Shown here: piece by piece, positions 1 through 8,972 of the stretch
How the letters are laid out: the number at the start of each line of letters is the position of its first letter
Numbering within the stretch: the stretch's first letter is position 1
Assembly (NCBI GenBank): GCA_913020725.1
Contig: CAJWCD010000049.1
Span: 1 to 22,777 of the forward strand
Length of the DNA: 22,777 nt
Origin: an uncultured Pseudomonadota bacterium
GTDB taxonomy: Bacteria; SAR324; NAC60-12
Direction: 5' to 3'
Program-made: the position numbers and the translations under genes
Notes under the pieces: model-generated
Databases searched by the model: none
What the model saw: only the letters and a program-made list of their open reading frames with translations
Told to the model about the DNA's origin: nothing

Positions 1-162
1 TCCTCTGAAAATCTGGAAAAATAACTGTAAACCGGGGTAAACGCACCGGAAAACGTCGTTTATTCGCGAAATCCCAACACTTTACAGGGCGAATCTTGCT
101 GAGACGGGCACCAACACTTCAGAGGGGACTACCTCAATTTGTCATAATTAGAATTGCTGGCG

Positions 163-1692
163 TCACCCGGAACCTTCCGGTTCAACAAACACCCCGACCT
201 CGTAGTTGAAGAACTGGAACCCCCCATCCTGTCCTGCCAATTCCCCCAACTCATCCGAAATTTTGAGCAGATAAAAGGCGTGTGTTCCAAACTTGAGGGG
301 AAGCGAAAATTCCTTGCGGCGGCGCAGTCGGTACTTCTTCAAAACGGCTCCTTCGGCATTGGCCAGCACAAGCTGAGGCAACAGTTTGGTCGCGCCCAAC
401 ACACGCCACTTGAGGCGCACCTTCACCCCAGCCCCCGGAGGCGACAGTTTGAAAATGCGCATATTGCTGCGGGAACGGATCAGGTCATGCGTCCATTGCC
501 CTGTCGGCAGCGAGAAAACCACAGCAGTGGTGTCTGTTTGAGGCAGGGAACGGGTGGGCAGAAACTCATCCTCCAAGTCCTTGAGCCACAAATTCATCTC
601 GACCGTGGGTCGAAAAAACTCAACCTCACGGGTGGGAGGTCCGGAAGGCTTGGCGAAATCGATGAGTTGGAAGGACGCCTCGGTGGAAGCCGGAGTTGTG
701 TGGCCCGCTTTCAAGGTTTTGCGGATGCCGTTGTAGAGCTTCGGAAGGGCCACGTCGGTGGTTAACTCGAACGTGGTTGTGTCGGCGGAAAGCGCATAGA
801 GGTTGAGCTTCCGGACATCCACCCCCACAGCGGAAAGGCGTTGAGTGACGGTGCGTTCGTACACAGGGTTGGAGCGTCCGTTGAATATGAGGGTGAGTTG
901 TGCGTTGGAACGAACGGCTGCGCTGAGCTTTTGGTGAAACCTTGGCCACGCCAAAATCAATTTGTCGAGCAGTCGTTCAACTTCATTTGGAAGAAGTTGA
1001 TGACCTGCGGAAAGTTGTTGTTTCAGCAGCACTCCGCCCTCCGGGTCTAACAAAGTGAGGGAAAAGACTGCTGGCGTCGCTGCGGACTCATCCGAGGGGG
1101 CAAGGGTGGTTTTCCTGACAAACTGGAGTTGGTGGATTGGCTCGGTGGTTGGGGTGGTGGATGCTGTTGATTTCACACGGGTGACCACCACCCGAAACGC
1201 ATTGAGCCGATCGGTGAGTTTCCGGAGCAACGTGCGATGTTCGCTGCGCTGGAGGTCCGGGGAGACCCGCAATTCCACGGAGATGGGCCGCGCCCATCTA
1301 GATGCCGGATTCAGCCCCAGTTTTTCGAGGGCGTTCAGCAACCGCACTCGGTAGAAGTGCTGCTCTAGAGTGATGGAGTACTCTGTGAGCGTTTCGTTGC
1401 GAAACTCGTGAATGACCCGTTTTGATTCGACGAATTGCCCGGGACTTCCGAAAAGTTCGCGTTCCAGCAGTGCTTGCGTGAGTTGGTATGCTTCCGCACC
1501 AAGCAAGCGCCGAGTGACTTGCTTCAGCGCCTGTCGATCTGCAAGCTGTAGCGCTTTCGCCTTGGCCAGCGCAACGTTCTTGCGCTCTACAGGAACCGTG
1601 AGCGACACCACCTCCTGCACTGTGCTTTGTGCAAGCAGGATGGGGGCAAAAGCCAGCCAGCCAGCCAGCAGCCAGCAGCTACGAGTTCTCAT
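163..1692 (-). CDS. Secreted/periplasmic hypothetical protein (509 aa)
   Basis: Long ORF with a signal-peptide-like N-terminus (MRTRSCWLLAGWLAFAPILLA-Q). Its ATG overlaps the upstream mutase stop (ATGA at 1689-1692). Thr/Pro-rich linkers suggest several domains. No motif confidently recognised. Confidence 0.8.
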   Translation of the reverse strand: MRTRSCWLLAGWLAFAPILLAQSTVQEVVSLTVPVERKNVALAKAKALQLADRQALKQVTRRLLGAEAYQLTQALLERELFGSPGQFVESKRVIHEFRNETLTEYSITLEQHFYRVRLLNALEKLGLNPASRWARPISVELRVSPDLQRSEHRTLLRKLTDRLNAFRVVVTRVKSTASTTPTTEPIHQLQFVRKTTLAPSDESAATPAVFSLTLLDPEGGVLLKQQLSAGHQLLPNEVERLLDKLILAWPRFHQKLSAAVRSNAQLTLIFNGRSNPVYERTVTQRLSAVGVDVRKLNLYALSADTTTFELTTDVALPKLYNGIRKTLKAGHTTPASTEASFQLIDFAKPSGPPTREVEFFRPTVEMNLWLKDLEDEFLPTRSLPQTDTTAVVFSLPTGQWTHDLIRSRSNMRIFKLSPPGAGVKVRLKWRVLGATKLLPQLVLANAEGAVLKKYRLRRRKEFSLPLKFGTHAFYLLKISDELGELAGQDGGFQFFNYEVGVFVEPEGSG

Positions 1693-3395
1693 GGCACGAT
1701 GTCCTGCACGAGCCGTTCATAAAGCGCGTTGAGCGCGGGTGCGTCGTCTCCCCGTAGGTTGAAGTAATACTTGATCTTGGGTTCCGTCCCGGAAGGCCGG
1801 ACGATGATCCGACCATCTTGCTCCAGTTGCAAAAACAAGACATTCGAGGACGGCAAGCCCGGACCGGCCTGTGTTGTGTTGGTTTGCAGGTCAAGGCATG
1901 TGTTGTTGGAGAGGTCGGTCAGGGATTCCACCACCAATCCGCCCAAACTGCGCGGAGGCTCCTTGCGCAATTTCTGCAATTGCTGCTGAATCCTCGCCCG
2001 GCCTTCCGGTCCAGGGAGCGAGATGCTGACGAGTCGGTCAAGCTGCCGTCCGTGTTGTTGCTGCAAATTCTCCAGTTGCTGCAGCGGGCTGGAATTTTTG
2101 GCTTTTAGAGTCGCACACAACTCGGCGAAGGCCATTGCCGCCCAGACGCCGTCTTTGTCCCCGCAGTGCAGGCCCATCAGGAAACCGTGACTTTCCTCCA
2201 TGCCAAAAATGAACTGCTGCCCTTGTGTGGCACATTGCTCGGCGGCATCCCGAATCCACTTGAACCCAGTCAGCACGTCACGGGTTTGCAGGCCATACGC
2301 TTGGGCAATACGCTTGCCCAGCGGCGAACTGACGAAGCTCGCAACATAAACCCCGTTCTCTGGAAGTGTTCCGGATTGCTGCATGCGGGAGAGCATGAAG
2401 TCGAGCAGCAACGCCCCAATCTGGTTGCCGTTCAGCCACACCCACTCGTCTCCATTCCGGACCATCACACCAAGGCGGTCGGCATCGGGGTCGTTCGAGA
2501 GAATCAAATCGTGTCCGGAATTGGCAGTTTTTCGGGCAAGCTCAAAAGCCTGCTCTTCCTCCGGATTTGGAGTGGTCAGCGTGGGAAATTCGCCATCGGG
2601 TTCAATCTGCTCTGTGACCACCTGCACGGCAAAACCCCGGCGTTCCAAAAGTGTTGGAACGCAACGACCTCCGGTGCCGTGGAACGGCGTGTACACGACT
2701 CCCAGATTCCGGTTCTCGGCCACACTGCCAAGGGCGAGGGCATCGAGTGTGTCCAAGTAATCGGCATCCGGTTCGTTCCCCAAATCTTGAATCAAGCCTT
2801 TGGTTTTTCCCTCCGCATAAGGCAGACGCTGAATTTCATCGAGGCGTTGAATGCGACTGACCTCGTTGACGATTTCGCCGTCCTCCGGAGGGATCACCTG
2901 CCCGCCATTGGAGCCGTAGATTTTGTAACCGTTGTATTCCGCAGGGTTGTGACTGGCGGTGATGACCAGTCCGGCGCGGGCCTTGCGGCGCAGCAGCTCA
3001 AAAGACACCAAAGGTGTGGGGGCAACTTCCCGGAAAACCCACGTTGGAATCCCATGTCCGGCAAACACTTCGGCGGCGGCTTCGGCAAACTCTCGTGAAA
3101 AGCGGCGGGAGTCATAGCCAATCACCACGCCGGAGCGGGAATCCTCCGGATGTGCTTCCAGATGCCGCGCCCAGCCTTCGGTCGTGAGTTGCACGGTGTA
3201 GAGGTTCATGCGGTTGGTGCCCACGCCAAGCAGACCGCGCAAGCCCCCGGTTCCAAATGCGAGGGGTTGACCGAAGCAGTCTTCAAGCTCCGAGGCGTTC
3301 TCGTTGGCGAGCAGTCGATCGATTTCGGCTTTGGTGTCCTCGTCAACGAGGGAGGATTTCCGCCAAATCTCGGCGGTTTCTTGTGCAGTGGTCAT
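1689..3395 (-). CDS. pgm: Phosphoglucomutase/phosphomannomutase (alpha-D-phosphohexomutase family)
   Basis: FGTGGLRG, phosphoserine loop TASHNP, metal loop DPDADR, sugar loop EESHG and C-terminal RPSGTEPKIK are all present; 568 aa. Confidence 0.93.
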   Translation of the reverse strand: MTTAQETAEIWRKSSLVDEDTKAEIDRLLANENASELEDCFGQPLAFGTGGLRGLLGVGTNRMNLYTVQLTTEGWARHLEAHPEDSRSGVVIGYDSRRFSREFAEAAAEVFAGHGIPTWVFREVAPTPLVSFELLRRKARAGLVITASHNPAEYNGYKIYGSNGGQVIPPEDGEIVNEVSRIQRLDEIQRLPYAEGKTKGLIQDLGNEPDADYLDTLDALALGSVAENRNLGVVYTPFHGTGGRCVPTLLERRGFAVQVVTEQIEPDGEFPTLTTPNPEEEQAFELARKTANSGHDLILSNDPDADRLGVMVRNGDEWVWLNGNQIGALLLDFMLSRMQQSGTLPENGVYVASFVSSPLGKRIAQAYGLQTRDVLTGFKWIRDAAEQCATQGQQFIFGMEESHGFLMGLHCGDKDGVWAAMAFAELCATLKAKNSSPLQQLENLQQQHGRQLDRLVSISLPGPEGRARIQQQLQKLRKEPPRSLGGLVVESLTDLSNNTCLDLQTNTTQAGPGLPSSNVLFLQLEQDGRIIVRPSGTEPKIKYYFNLRGDDAPALNALYERLVQDIVP

Positions 3396-3472
3396 GTGGG
3401 TTACTGGTGGTCGGTTACTGGGTGCGGTTAAGGATTACTACTACTGCCTCACACCTAAACGCTTTACGGTTT

Positions 3473-4429
3473 TCATACCTTTGTGCCTTCCGAAAAATCA
3501 CGGAGCAAACGGGTGTTGTCGGCGCGGATCATAATTTCCTCTCCGGTGTCTGGGTGCGGAAAGCGGATTTCCGAGGCGTGCAGCAGTTGCCTGCAAACCA
3601 CGCACCCCAGTGCCGGGAGGCAAGCCTCGCCCTCCTCCAGCCAGCGCAGAAAACCCTCATCCGCAAGCCCGTAAAGCTTGTCGCCGAGAATGGGGGAACC
3701 CAAGTACGCTGCGTGAACCCGGATTTGGTGGGTTCGTCCTGTGAGTGGGCGCACCTCCACGAGTTGTGAATCTCCGATTTCGTCAAGGGGCTGAAAATGC
3801 GTTTGGGACGGTTTACCCTGCGGAGTGACAGCCTGTTTGATGCGGATGACACTGTCCAACGCCGGACCGATGGGCTGGTCAACCGTGACCGGTTCCGGTA
3901 GATGTTTTGACAAAATAGCCTGATAGGTTTTGTGAACCTGGCGGTTGCGAAAATGCTCGGCCACTTTTTGCGCCGCCGCTTTGTGCTTGGCAAACGCCAC
4001 CACTCCGCTGGTTTCTCGGTCAAGGCGGTGCAGCGTGAGCAGGGTTTCGCGGCCTAGGCGCTGTTTTGCAAGATTGACCAGTGTGTGCTTGAAGTACTTT
4101 CCGGAAGGACTCGTCGGCAGGTTCCCGGATTTGTTGAAGGCGATCAGCGCGTCATCCTCGTAAACCACCTCGAAGTTTTCGTCCACCTCCGGTTCCAGAA
4201 AATCCGGGCGCAGGTAGGTGATGCGCTGGTGGTTGCGAAGCCGCTGGCTGGGGCGTCCGAGGCGGTTGTCCACCCATAAACGCTGTTGCCGGATGCTCTG
4301 TCGCCACTCCGACTCGTCAAGGTACCGGAACCGCCTCAGCAAAAACTGGAGCAGGGTTTCGGAATTCCCCTCCACCTGCATGTACTGAAAACTGAGTTCG
4401 GTGTGACCGTCGGTGAGGTGGATGGTCAT
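3473..4429 (-). CDS. RluA-family pseudouridine synthase (RluC/RluD-like, S4-like N-terminus)
   Basis: YED..LIAFNKSGNL, catalytic HRLDRETSG, TGRTHQIRVH, PILGDKLYG and RQLLHA motifs. Confidence 0.93.
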   Translation of the reverse strand: MTIHLTDGHTELSFQYMQVEGNSETLLQFLLRRFRYLDESEWRQSIRQQRLWVDNRLGRPSQRLRNHQRITYLRPDFLEPEVDENFEVVYEDDALIAFNKSGNLPTSPSGKYFKHTLVNLAKQRLGRETLLTLHRLDRETSGVVAFAKHKAAAQKVAEHFRNRQVHKTYQAILSKHLPEPVTVDQPIGPALDSVIRIKQAVTPQGKPSQTHFQPLDEIGDSQLVEVRPLTGRTHQIRVHAAYLGSPILGDKLYGLADEGFLRWLEEGEACLPALGCVVCRQLLHASEIRFPHPDTGEEIMIRADNTRLLRDFSEGTKV

Positions 4430-4435
4430 GCGAAC

Positions 4436-5458
4436 TCATTCGGACTCGTAAAAGTCGCTGCGTTTGTACAGCAAATCCCGCGCTTGCCAAGTGCGCATGG
4501 AGAACACACGTCCGTTGATGCGCTCGTGCAGCTTGCGGACGGAATTCTGCAAGGTCGCATTGTCGCCACCGGCCAGCGTGACGCTGAGGCGAAAGGCATG
4601 TTCCCCGTCCGGCATTTCCGTTTCCCCAAGCTCAATGAGCAGCTTGCGTTGGTCGGCAAGGCTCGCCTCAATTTTTGTGATCTGGTTCAGGGAATGCTGG
4701 GTTTCGGTATTGTCGTCCTCCAGCAATTGCTCAAACGACAGACGCTTGAGGCGATGCAGCACTGTGCTGACCTTGCTCTGCTTGAGTGGCTGTTCGGCCC
4801 CTTCCATTTGCCACTTGCTTTTTGCGTCGGCACGATGGAAATGGAGGAGATTCCCGCTGGATTGCGTGATCCGCACGTTCTGGAAGAGGTCTTCCTCAAG
4901 ATTCAGCAGTTCCGTCTCCAACCATTCGGCTTGGTCTGCGGAGAGCGAGAGCAGTTCTGGCACCAAATAAACTTCGGAAGAGTCCTCAAAACGGATGTAC
5001 TGCCCCTCTCCCTGCTCACGGCTTTTTCCGGCCAACAGCGCAAGCAACGGGGTGCCGGAGTCGTTCAGCAGCCGCAGTGCCGTGGCATGTTGTTCGGAGT
5101 CCCGTTCTGCCAGAGTTTGCGGGGGTGTCAGCACCTGAAAGCGCTCGTGGCGTTCGGGATTGTCGGTCACGCGGTCGCCAACCACGGTGGTGGTCAGGGT
5201 GAGCAGCAACTCGGAGATGGCTTCCACCTGTGCCGGATAGCTGCTTTGCTCTTCGATCCAGCCCGCTGCGCTGTGAATCAGGACAAGGTCGCCCGCAGCA
5301 TCAACAATTTCAATGCGGGTCAGTTGGTTGGTGTCGAGCTTTTTAGCAATCGGGATTCCGGAGCGTTCGGCAGTGATCGTGTCAGATTGGTTGAACGAGA
5401 AGAGCAGAAGGCCGCCTAGCGTCAGTGCCGCCGCAGCCAGCAACAGAGGTTTGAACAT
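4436..5458 (-). CDS. Membrane-anchored periplasmic protein, DUF4340-like
   Basis: N-terminal hydrophobic anchor followed by two internally similar units (IEIVDAAG..LVL..WIEE..YPAQVEAISELL and VRITQSSG..LHF..WQME..PLKQSKVSTVL), plus LLAGK..GEGQYIRFEDSSEVYLV, as I recall for DUF4340 proteins. Confidence 0.7.
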   Translation of the reverse strand: MFKPLLLAAAALTLGGLLLFSFNQSDTITAERSGIPIAKKLDTNQLTRIEIVDAAGDLVLIHSAAGWIEEQSSYPAQVEAISELLLTLTTTVVGDRVTDNPERHERFQVLTPPQTLAERDSEQHATALRLLNDSGTPLLALLAGKSREQGEGQYIRFEDSSEVYLVPELLSLSADQAEWLETELLNLEEDLFQNVRITQSSGNLLHFHRADAKSKWQMEGAEQPLKQSKVSTVLHRLKRLSFEQLLEDDNTETQHSLNQITKIEASLADQRKLLIELGETEMPDGEHAFRLSVTLAGGDNATLQNSVRKLHERINGRVFSMRTWQARDLLYKRSDFYESE

Positions 5459-5573
5459 GGATTGTAAGTGAAAGGGAGTGGAGCAAACAAGGGTGAAGCA
5501 GCGAAACTCAAGACTTACTTATAGGGGATAACTTAACAATTCTCAAGGTATCTCGTATCCGAGGCTTTGTCGC

Positions 5574-5657
5574 CTACCAGCCCGGACACGTCGCGGAAGC
5601 CTTTCGGCGTGGACACCGCCACCTGGGTGCAAGTAAAGCGGATTGAGCTTGGGTCAT
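5574..5657 (-). pseudogene. Probable 5' stub of a deleted gene coupled to the GntR gene
   Basis: SD GGAGAGG followed by an ATG (5657) overlapping the gntR stop (ATGA). The ORF ends after 27 codons (TAG 5574-5576). GC-rich coding-like sequence ends near 5560. Confidence 0.3.
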
Positions 5658-6366
5658 GTTGCCTCTCCCCAATAAATTCGGGATAAGCCTTCTTTCAGGT
5701 TAGCATTGATCTGCTCGAAGCGCATCCGGATGTGGTCGCTGATTCGGGCCAGCGCGACTTCCTTGTCCCGCTTCCGGATGGCCTGAAGGATTTGCCGATG
5801 TTCGTTTTGCGTGGTGGAGCGTCGGTTGTCCATGTCAATCCAGCGCACAAAGCGGATGCGGGCGTTGACATTCTTCAGGGTACGCAGAATCTCCCGGTTG
5901 TCGGCCAGTTCGGGCAGCTTTTCGTGAAAATACTCGTCAATCTTCAGCAACTCCTTGCTGTCGCGGTCATCGTAGGCGGAGCCGGTTTATTGCAAAAAAT
6001 CCTCAAGCTCGTCCAGCGCCGAGTCCATGGCGTGATCCACCGCAAGGCTGACCGCCTCGCGCTCCAAAGCAGCGCGTAAACCGTAGAGGTCCATCACCTG
6101 CTTCGGCTCAAGGGGGCGGCAGAAGAAACCGCGTCCGGGTTCAAAATCGAAAAACCCTTCGGCGGCGAGTCGGCTCAACGCCTCCCGGAGTGGGGGCGAC
6201 TGACTCCAAACTGCTTGGCTAAACTGCGCTCGTTGAGCCGCTCTCCGGGTTTGAGTGTGTAGTCAACAGCCATGTTTTGAAGGTGCTCGTGCAAATGCTC
6301 CACCCCGCCCCCACGTCTGCTCGTGTTGCCTACTCCGGGCTTATTTTCTGCCACCTTCGATTCCAT
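5654..6366 (-). pseudogene. GntR-family (FadR/FCD type) transcriptional regulator, disrupted
   Basis: The wHTH LKPGERLNERSLAKQFGVSR-[T]PLREALSRLAAEG is split by a 1-nt deletion at the G5 run 6192-6196. An in-frame TAA lies at 5987-5989. The FCD domain continues in frame (DEYFHEKL..NREI, EHRQILQAI..HIR). Repaired length is 237 aa. Confidence 0.88.
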
Positions 6367-6367
6367 G

Positions 6368-7006
6368 CTAACGAAGTCGCAAGTGGTCCACGGGCAGTTC
6401 CGGAGTGCGCCCCGCCACAAGGTCGGCAGTGAGGCTTGCCGTGCTGCAGACCATCGTCCAGCCCATGTGTCCGTGCCCGGTGTTGAAGTAGAGGTTGTGG
6501 TGACGGGCCGTGCCGAGAACGGGCAGGCTGTCCGGGGTCATGGGACGCAACCCCACCCAGTACTCGGCGTTGGCGTAATTACCGGCGTTGGGGAGCAAAT
6601 CGCGTGCAGACTGGAGCAGGTACTCGAAATCCTGCGGAGAGTGTTGGGTGTCGTATCCCGTGAACTCCGCAACCGTCGTCAGTCGCACTTGATCCCCCAA
6701 GGGCGAATACGCGAGTTTGCGTTCTTCGTCAATGCCACCCACTGCGGGAGAGGTGTGCCCCTCCTCTACGGGAATCGTGATGGAATACCCCTTGACCGGA
6801 TAGACGTGCAACCGCACTCCCAAGTTGCGGACCAGCAAGGGACTCCAACTGCCGAGGCACAGCACATAGCAATCTGCTGCGCGCTCACCACGGTTGGTGA
6901 TCACCCGTACAATGCGTTCGCCTGTGGCTTCGAGGCGTTCGATGATGGAGATTGTCATCCGGTCAATCCGCCCAACTTTGGGGCGGGTCGCATTTTCGGA
7001 ACGCAT
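6368..7006 (-). pseudogene. D-amino acid dehydrogenase (DadA-like), C-terminal half only
   Basis: ADCYVLCLGSWS, VYPVKGYSITIP, WVGLRPMTPDSLPVLG and NLYFNTGHGHMGWTM are DadA C-terminal motifs. There is no GxGxxG FAD motif, and the ORF is about half the family length. The ATG at 7006 overlaps the upstream stop (TGATG); an alternative ATG is at 6958. Confidence 0.8.
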
Positions 7007-8706
7007 CAGGCGACCCACTCGCTGACGGGGGCGCGGGCTTCGTTGAGCGGCTGACAGATCACATCCACCAGCGTGGGTCCGTCCACCGCCACCGCCTTAG
7101 CCAGCGTCGTTTGCAATTCGGCGGGGTCTTCCACCCGGAAGCCCTGCACCCCAAAGGCTTCGGCAACCGCGGCATGTCGGGTGCGGCTGAAGTCCACCGA
7201 AAAGTAACGCTCACCAAATCCGGCTTTTTGACCGGCCTTGATCCAGCCAAAGGTCGAGTTCGAGCAGACAATCAACGTGACCGGGACGTTGCATCGCACA
7301 ATCGTTTCCAATTCTCCAGCGGTGAATCCAAACGAGCCGTCGCCCATGATGCCCACAATTTTTGAATTTGGACGACCATACGCCGCACCCACGGTGGCGG
7401 ACAAGCTGTAGCCCAAAGCCCCGTGCGCTCGGTTGGAAATGAAGTGCCGTCCCGCCTTGGGTAATTCGTAATATGCGGAAACATACGGACACGGAGTTCC
7501 GGGATCGGCGACGATCACGGCCTCTTCCGGCAGCACTTTCTGCAAATCGGCAATCAGGCGTTCCGGACGAATCGGAGTCTCGGATGAGTTGGAAAGCTCT
7601 GCGAAAAACTTCGCTTTTTCACACTTCGCCGCTTGGGCGCGTTGCTTTCCTTGAAAATTGGTATCCGCAACTCCGCGTTTCCGGAGGGCGGCGTTGAGGG
7701 CGTCCAGTCCCAAGCGAGCATCGCACACCAGCCCCACTTCGGTCGGGTAGTTCGCGGAAATCACCATCGGGTCGGAATCCATGTGCAGAATTCGGGTTCC
7801 CGCTTTCGGGGAGCGCCAGCGTTCGGTGGTCACGGACCCGGCCCGGCAACCGAGGAACAGCACCAAGTCAGCTTCGTCAATGACTGTGCGGGTCGCGGGG
7901 ATGCCACCGTTGGAACCGACCACGCCGACACAGTGCGGATGCGTTTCCGGCAGGCTGCCCTGTCCGCTGATAGTGGTCGCCACGGGCAAGTTCAGCGTTT
8001 CCGCAAATTCTGCCAGCGCGGCTTCGCCTCCGGCGATCACCACGCCACCGCCGCAAACAATCACTGAGGAACGGGCGGAAAGCAGCGCGTCCAGCAGCGC
8101 GTCCGCCGCCACCGGGTCGGGAGCCGTCGGCAGGGCGGGATAGCTGCCGAACTCTGGCTGCGCCCAAATTTCGGTTTCCGGAACGGCTTCTTTCTGCACG
8201 TCGAAGGGTAGTCCAAGATGCGCCGCGCCAGGCCGTCCGGTGGTCATGGCACGAAAGGCCGCCCGGACTTGGGCGGGCAGATAAGCGGCACGTTCAATCA
8301 CCGCGTTCCACTTCGTCAGGGGCCGGAACAGTCCCTGTTGGTCCAGTTCGGTGAGGGTGTAGTGTCCACGCCCGGCGGTGGAAATGTCCGTGGTGATACC
8401 AAGGATTGGAATCGAGGATTCGCTGGCCTCCACCAAGCCCGGCAGAATGTGAGTGGCCCCGCCGCCGCTTGGCCCCTCGCACACGCCCACCTTTCCGGTC
8501 ACACGGGCGTAGGCATCGGCCATGTAGCCCGCCGAACGTTCGTCGCGGGTCAGGATATGCTCCATGCCGTGGTCCAGACCGTGGAGCGCATCATAGAAGG
8601 GTAAGGAGGTGTCGCCGCACAACCCGAAGATATGCTTCACGCTATACGCCTGAAGCATCCACACCAGTGCCGAAGCACCAGTGAGTTGTTTGTTGTTGCT
8701 GCTCAC
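7006..8706 (-). CDS. Thiamine diphosphate-dependent enzyme (acetolactate synthase/decarboxylase superfamily), substrate unknown
   Basis: Catalytic Glu in TRDERSAGYMADAYAR, GRPGAAHLGLPFDV, and ThDP/Mg motif GDGSFGFTAGELET...SNSTFGWI. GTG start preceded by purine-rich GGAAGAGGG. Confidence 0.9.
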   Translation of the reverse strand: MSSNNKQLTGASALVWMLQAYSVKHIFGLCGDTSLPFYDALHGLDHGMEHILTRDERSAGYMADAYARVTGKVGVCEGPSGGGATHILPGLVEASESSIPILGITTDISTAGRGHYTLTELDQQGLFRPLTKWNAVIERAAYLPAQVRAAFRAMTTGRPGAAHLGLPFDVQKEAVPETEIWAQPEFGSYPALPTAPDPVAADALLDALLSARSSVIVCGGGVVIAGGEAALAEFAETLNLPVATTISGQGSLPETHPHCVGVVGSNGGIPATRTVIDEADLVLFLGCRAGSVTTERWRSPKAGTRILHMDSDPMVISANYPTEVGLVCDARLGLDALNAALRKRGVADTNFQGKQRAQAAKCEKAKFFAELSNSSETPIRPERLIADLQKVLPEEAVIVADPGTPCPYVSAYYELPKAGRHFISNRAHGALGYSLSATVGAAYGRPNSKIVGIMGDGSFGFTAGELETIVRCNVPVTLIVCSNSTFGWIKAGQKAGFGERYFSVDFSRTRHAAVAEAFGVQGFRVEDPAELQTTLAKAVAVDGPTLVDVICQPLNEARAPVSEWVA

Positions 8707-8735
8707 GTTCTACCCTCTTCCATTTTGGAAAATGT

Positions 8736-8753
8736 TTGGTCTGCCAATTGGCA
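8736..8753. promoter_or_regulatory. Candidate operator in the divergent intergenic region
   Basis: TTGG-TCTG-CCAA (8736-8747) overlaps the perfect 12-bp palindrome TGCCAATTGGCA (8742-8753), about 30 bp upstream of the ThDP gene start. It resembles the TTGG..CCAA boxes of FadR-subfamily GntR regulators. Confidence 0.4.
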
Positions 8754-8972
8754 CAAGCAATAGAATACCAGCAGATTACAGAGTCAAGAGAAAAAAGTTG
8801 ATGGTGGTTCCGTTGAAATTACCACAGCCTCCCAACTTGTTCTTTTCGTTCCAAGCACCCAGAATTGCCGGATACAAATGCTTCCCGAACCCTCGCGACG
8901 CGCAGTCCGAAATGACAGGAGGGCATTCTGACACAACAGAGCGACCAATACCGATCAACGAACGACAGCACC

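Noticed and set aside
4286..5419. 377-aa plus-strand ORF, and similar long ORFs at 2166-3098, 12949-14001, 19372-20322 and 21907-22758
   Set aside because: They lie antisense to well-supported genes and have no recognisable motifs; long shadow ORFs are expected in GC-rich coding DNA.
5987..6196. Programmed frameshift or stop readthrough in gntR
   Set aside because: Two independent recoding events would be needed; no slippery heptamer is visible and neighbouring genes are also decayed.
7006..8706. Calling the ThDP enzyme ilvB/ilvI
   Set aside because: No regulatory subunit or other ilv genes nearby, and the N-terminal motif differs from the usual FGYPGG of biosynthetic AHAS.
8749..8787. Sigma54 or sigma70 promoter in the divergent region
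   Set aside because: TGGCAC lacks a correctly spaced TTGC; minus-strand TTGACT and TATTCT are only 14 bp apart.
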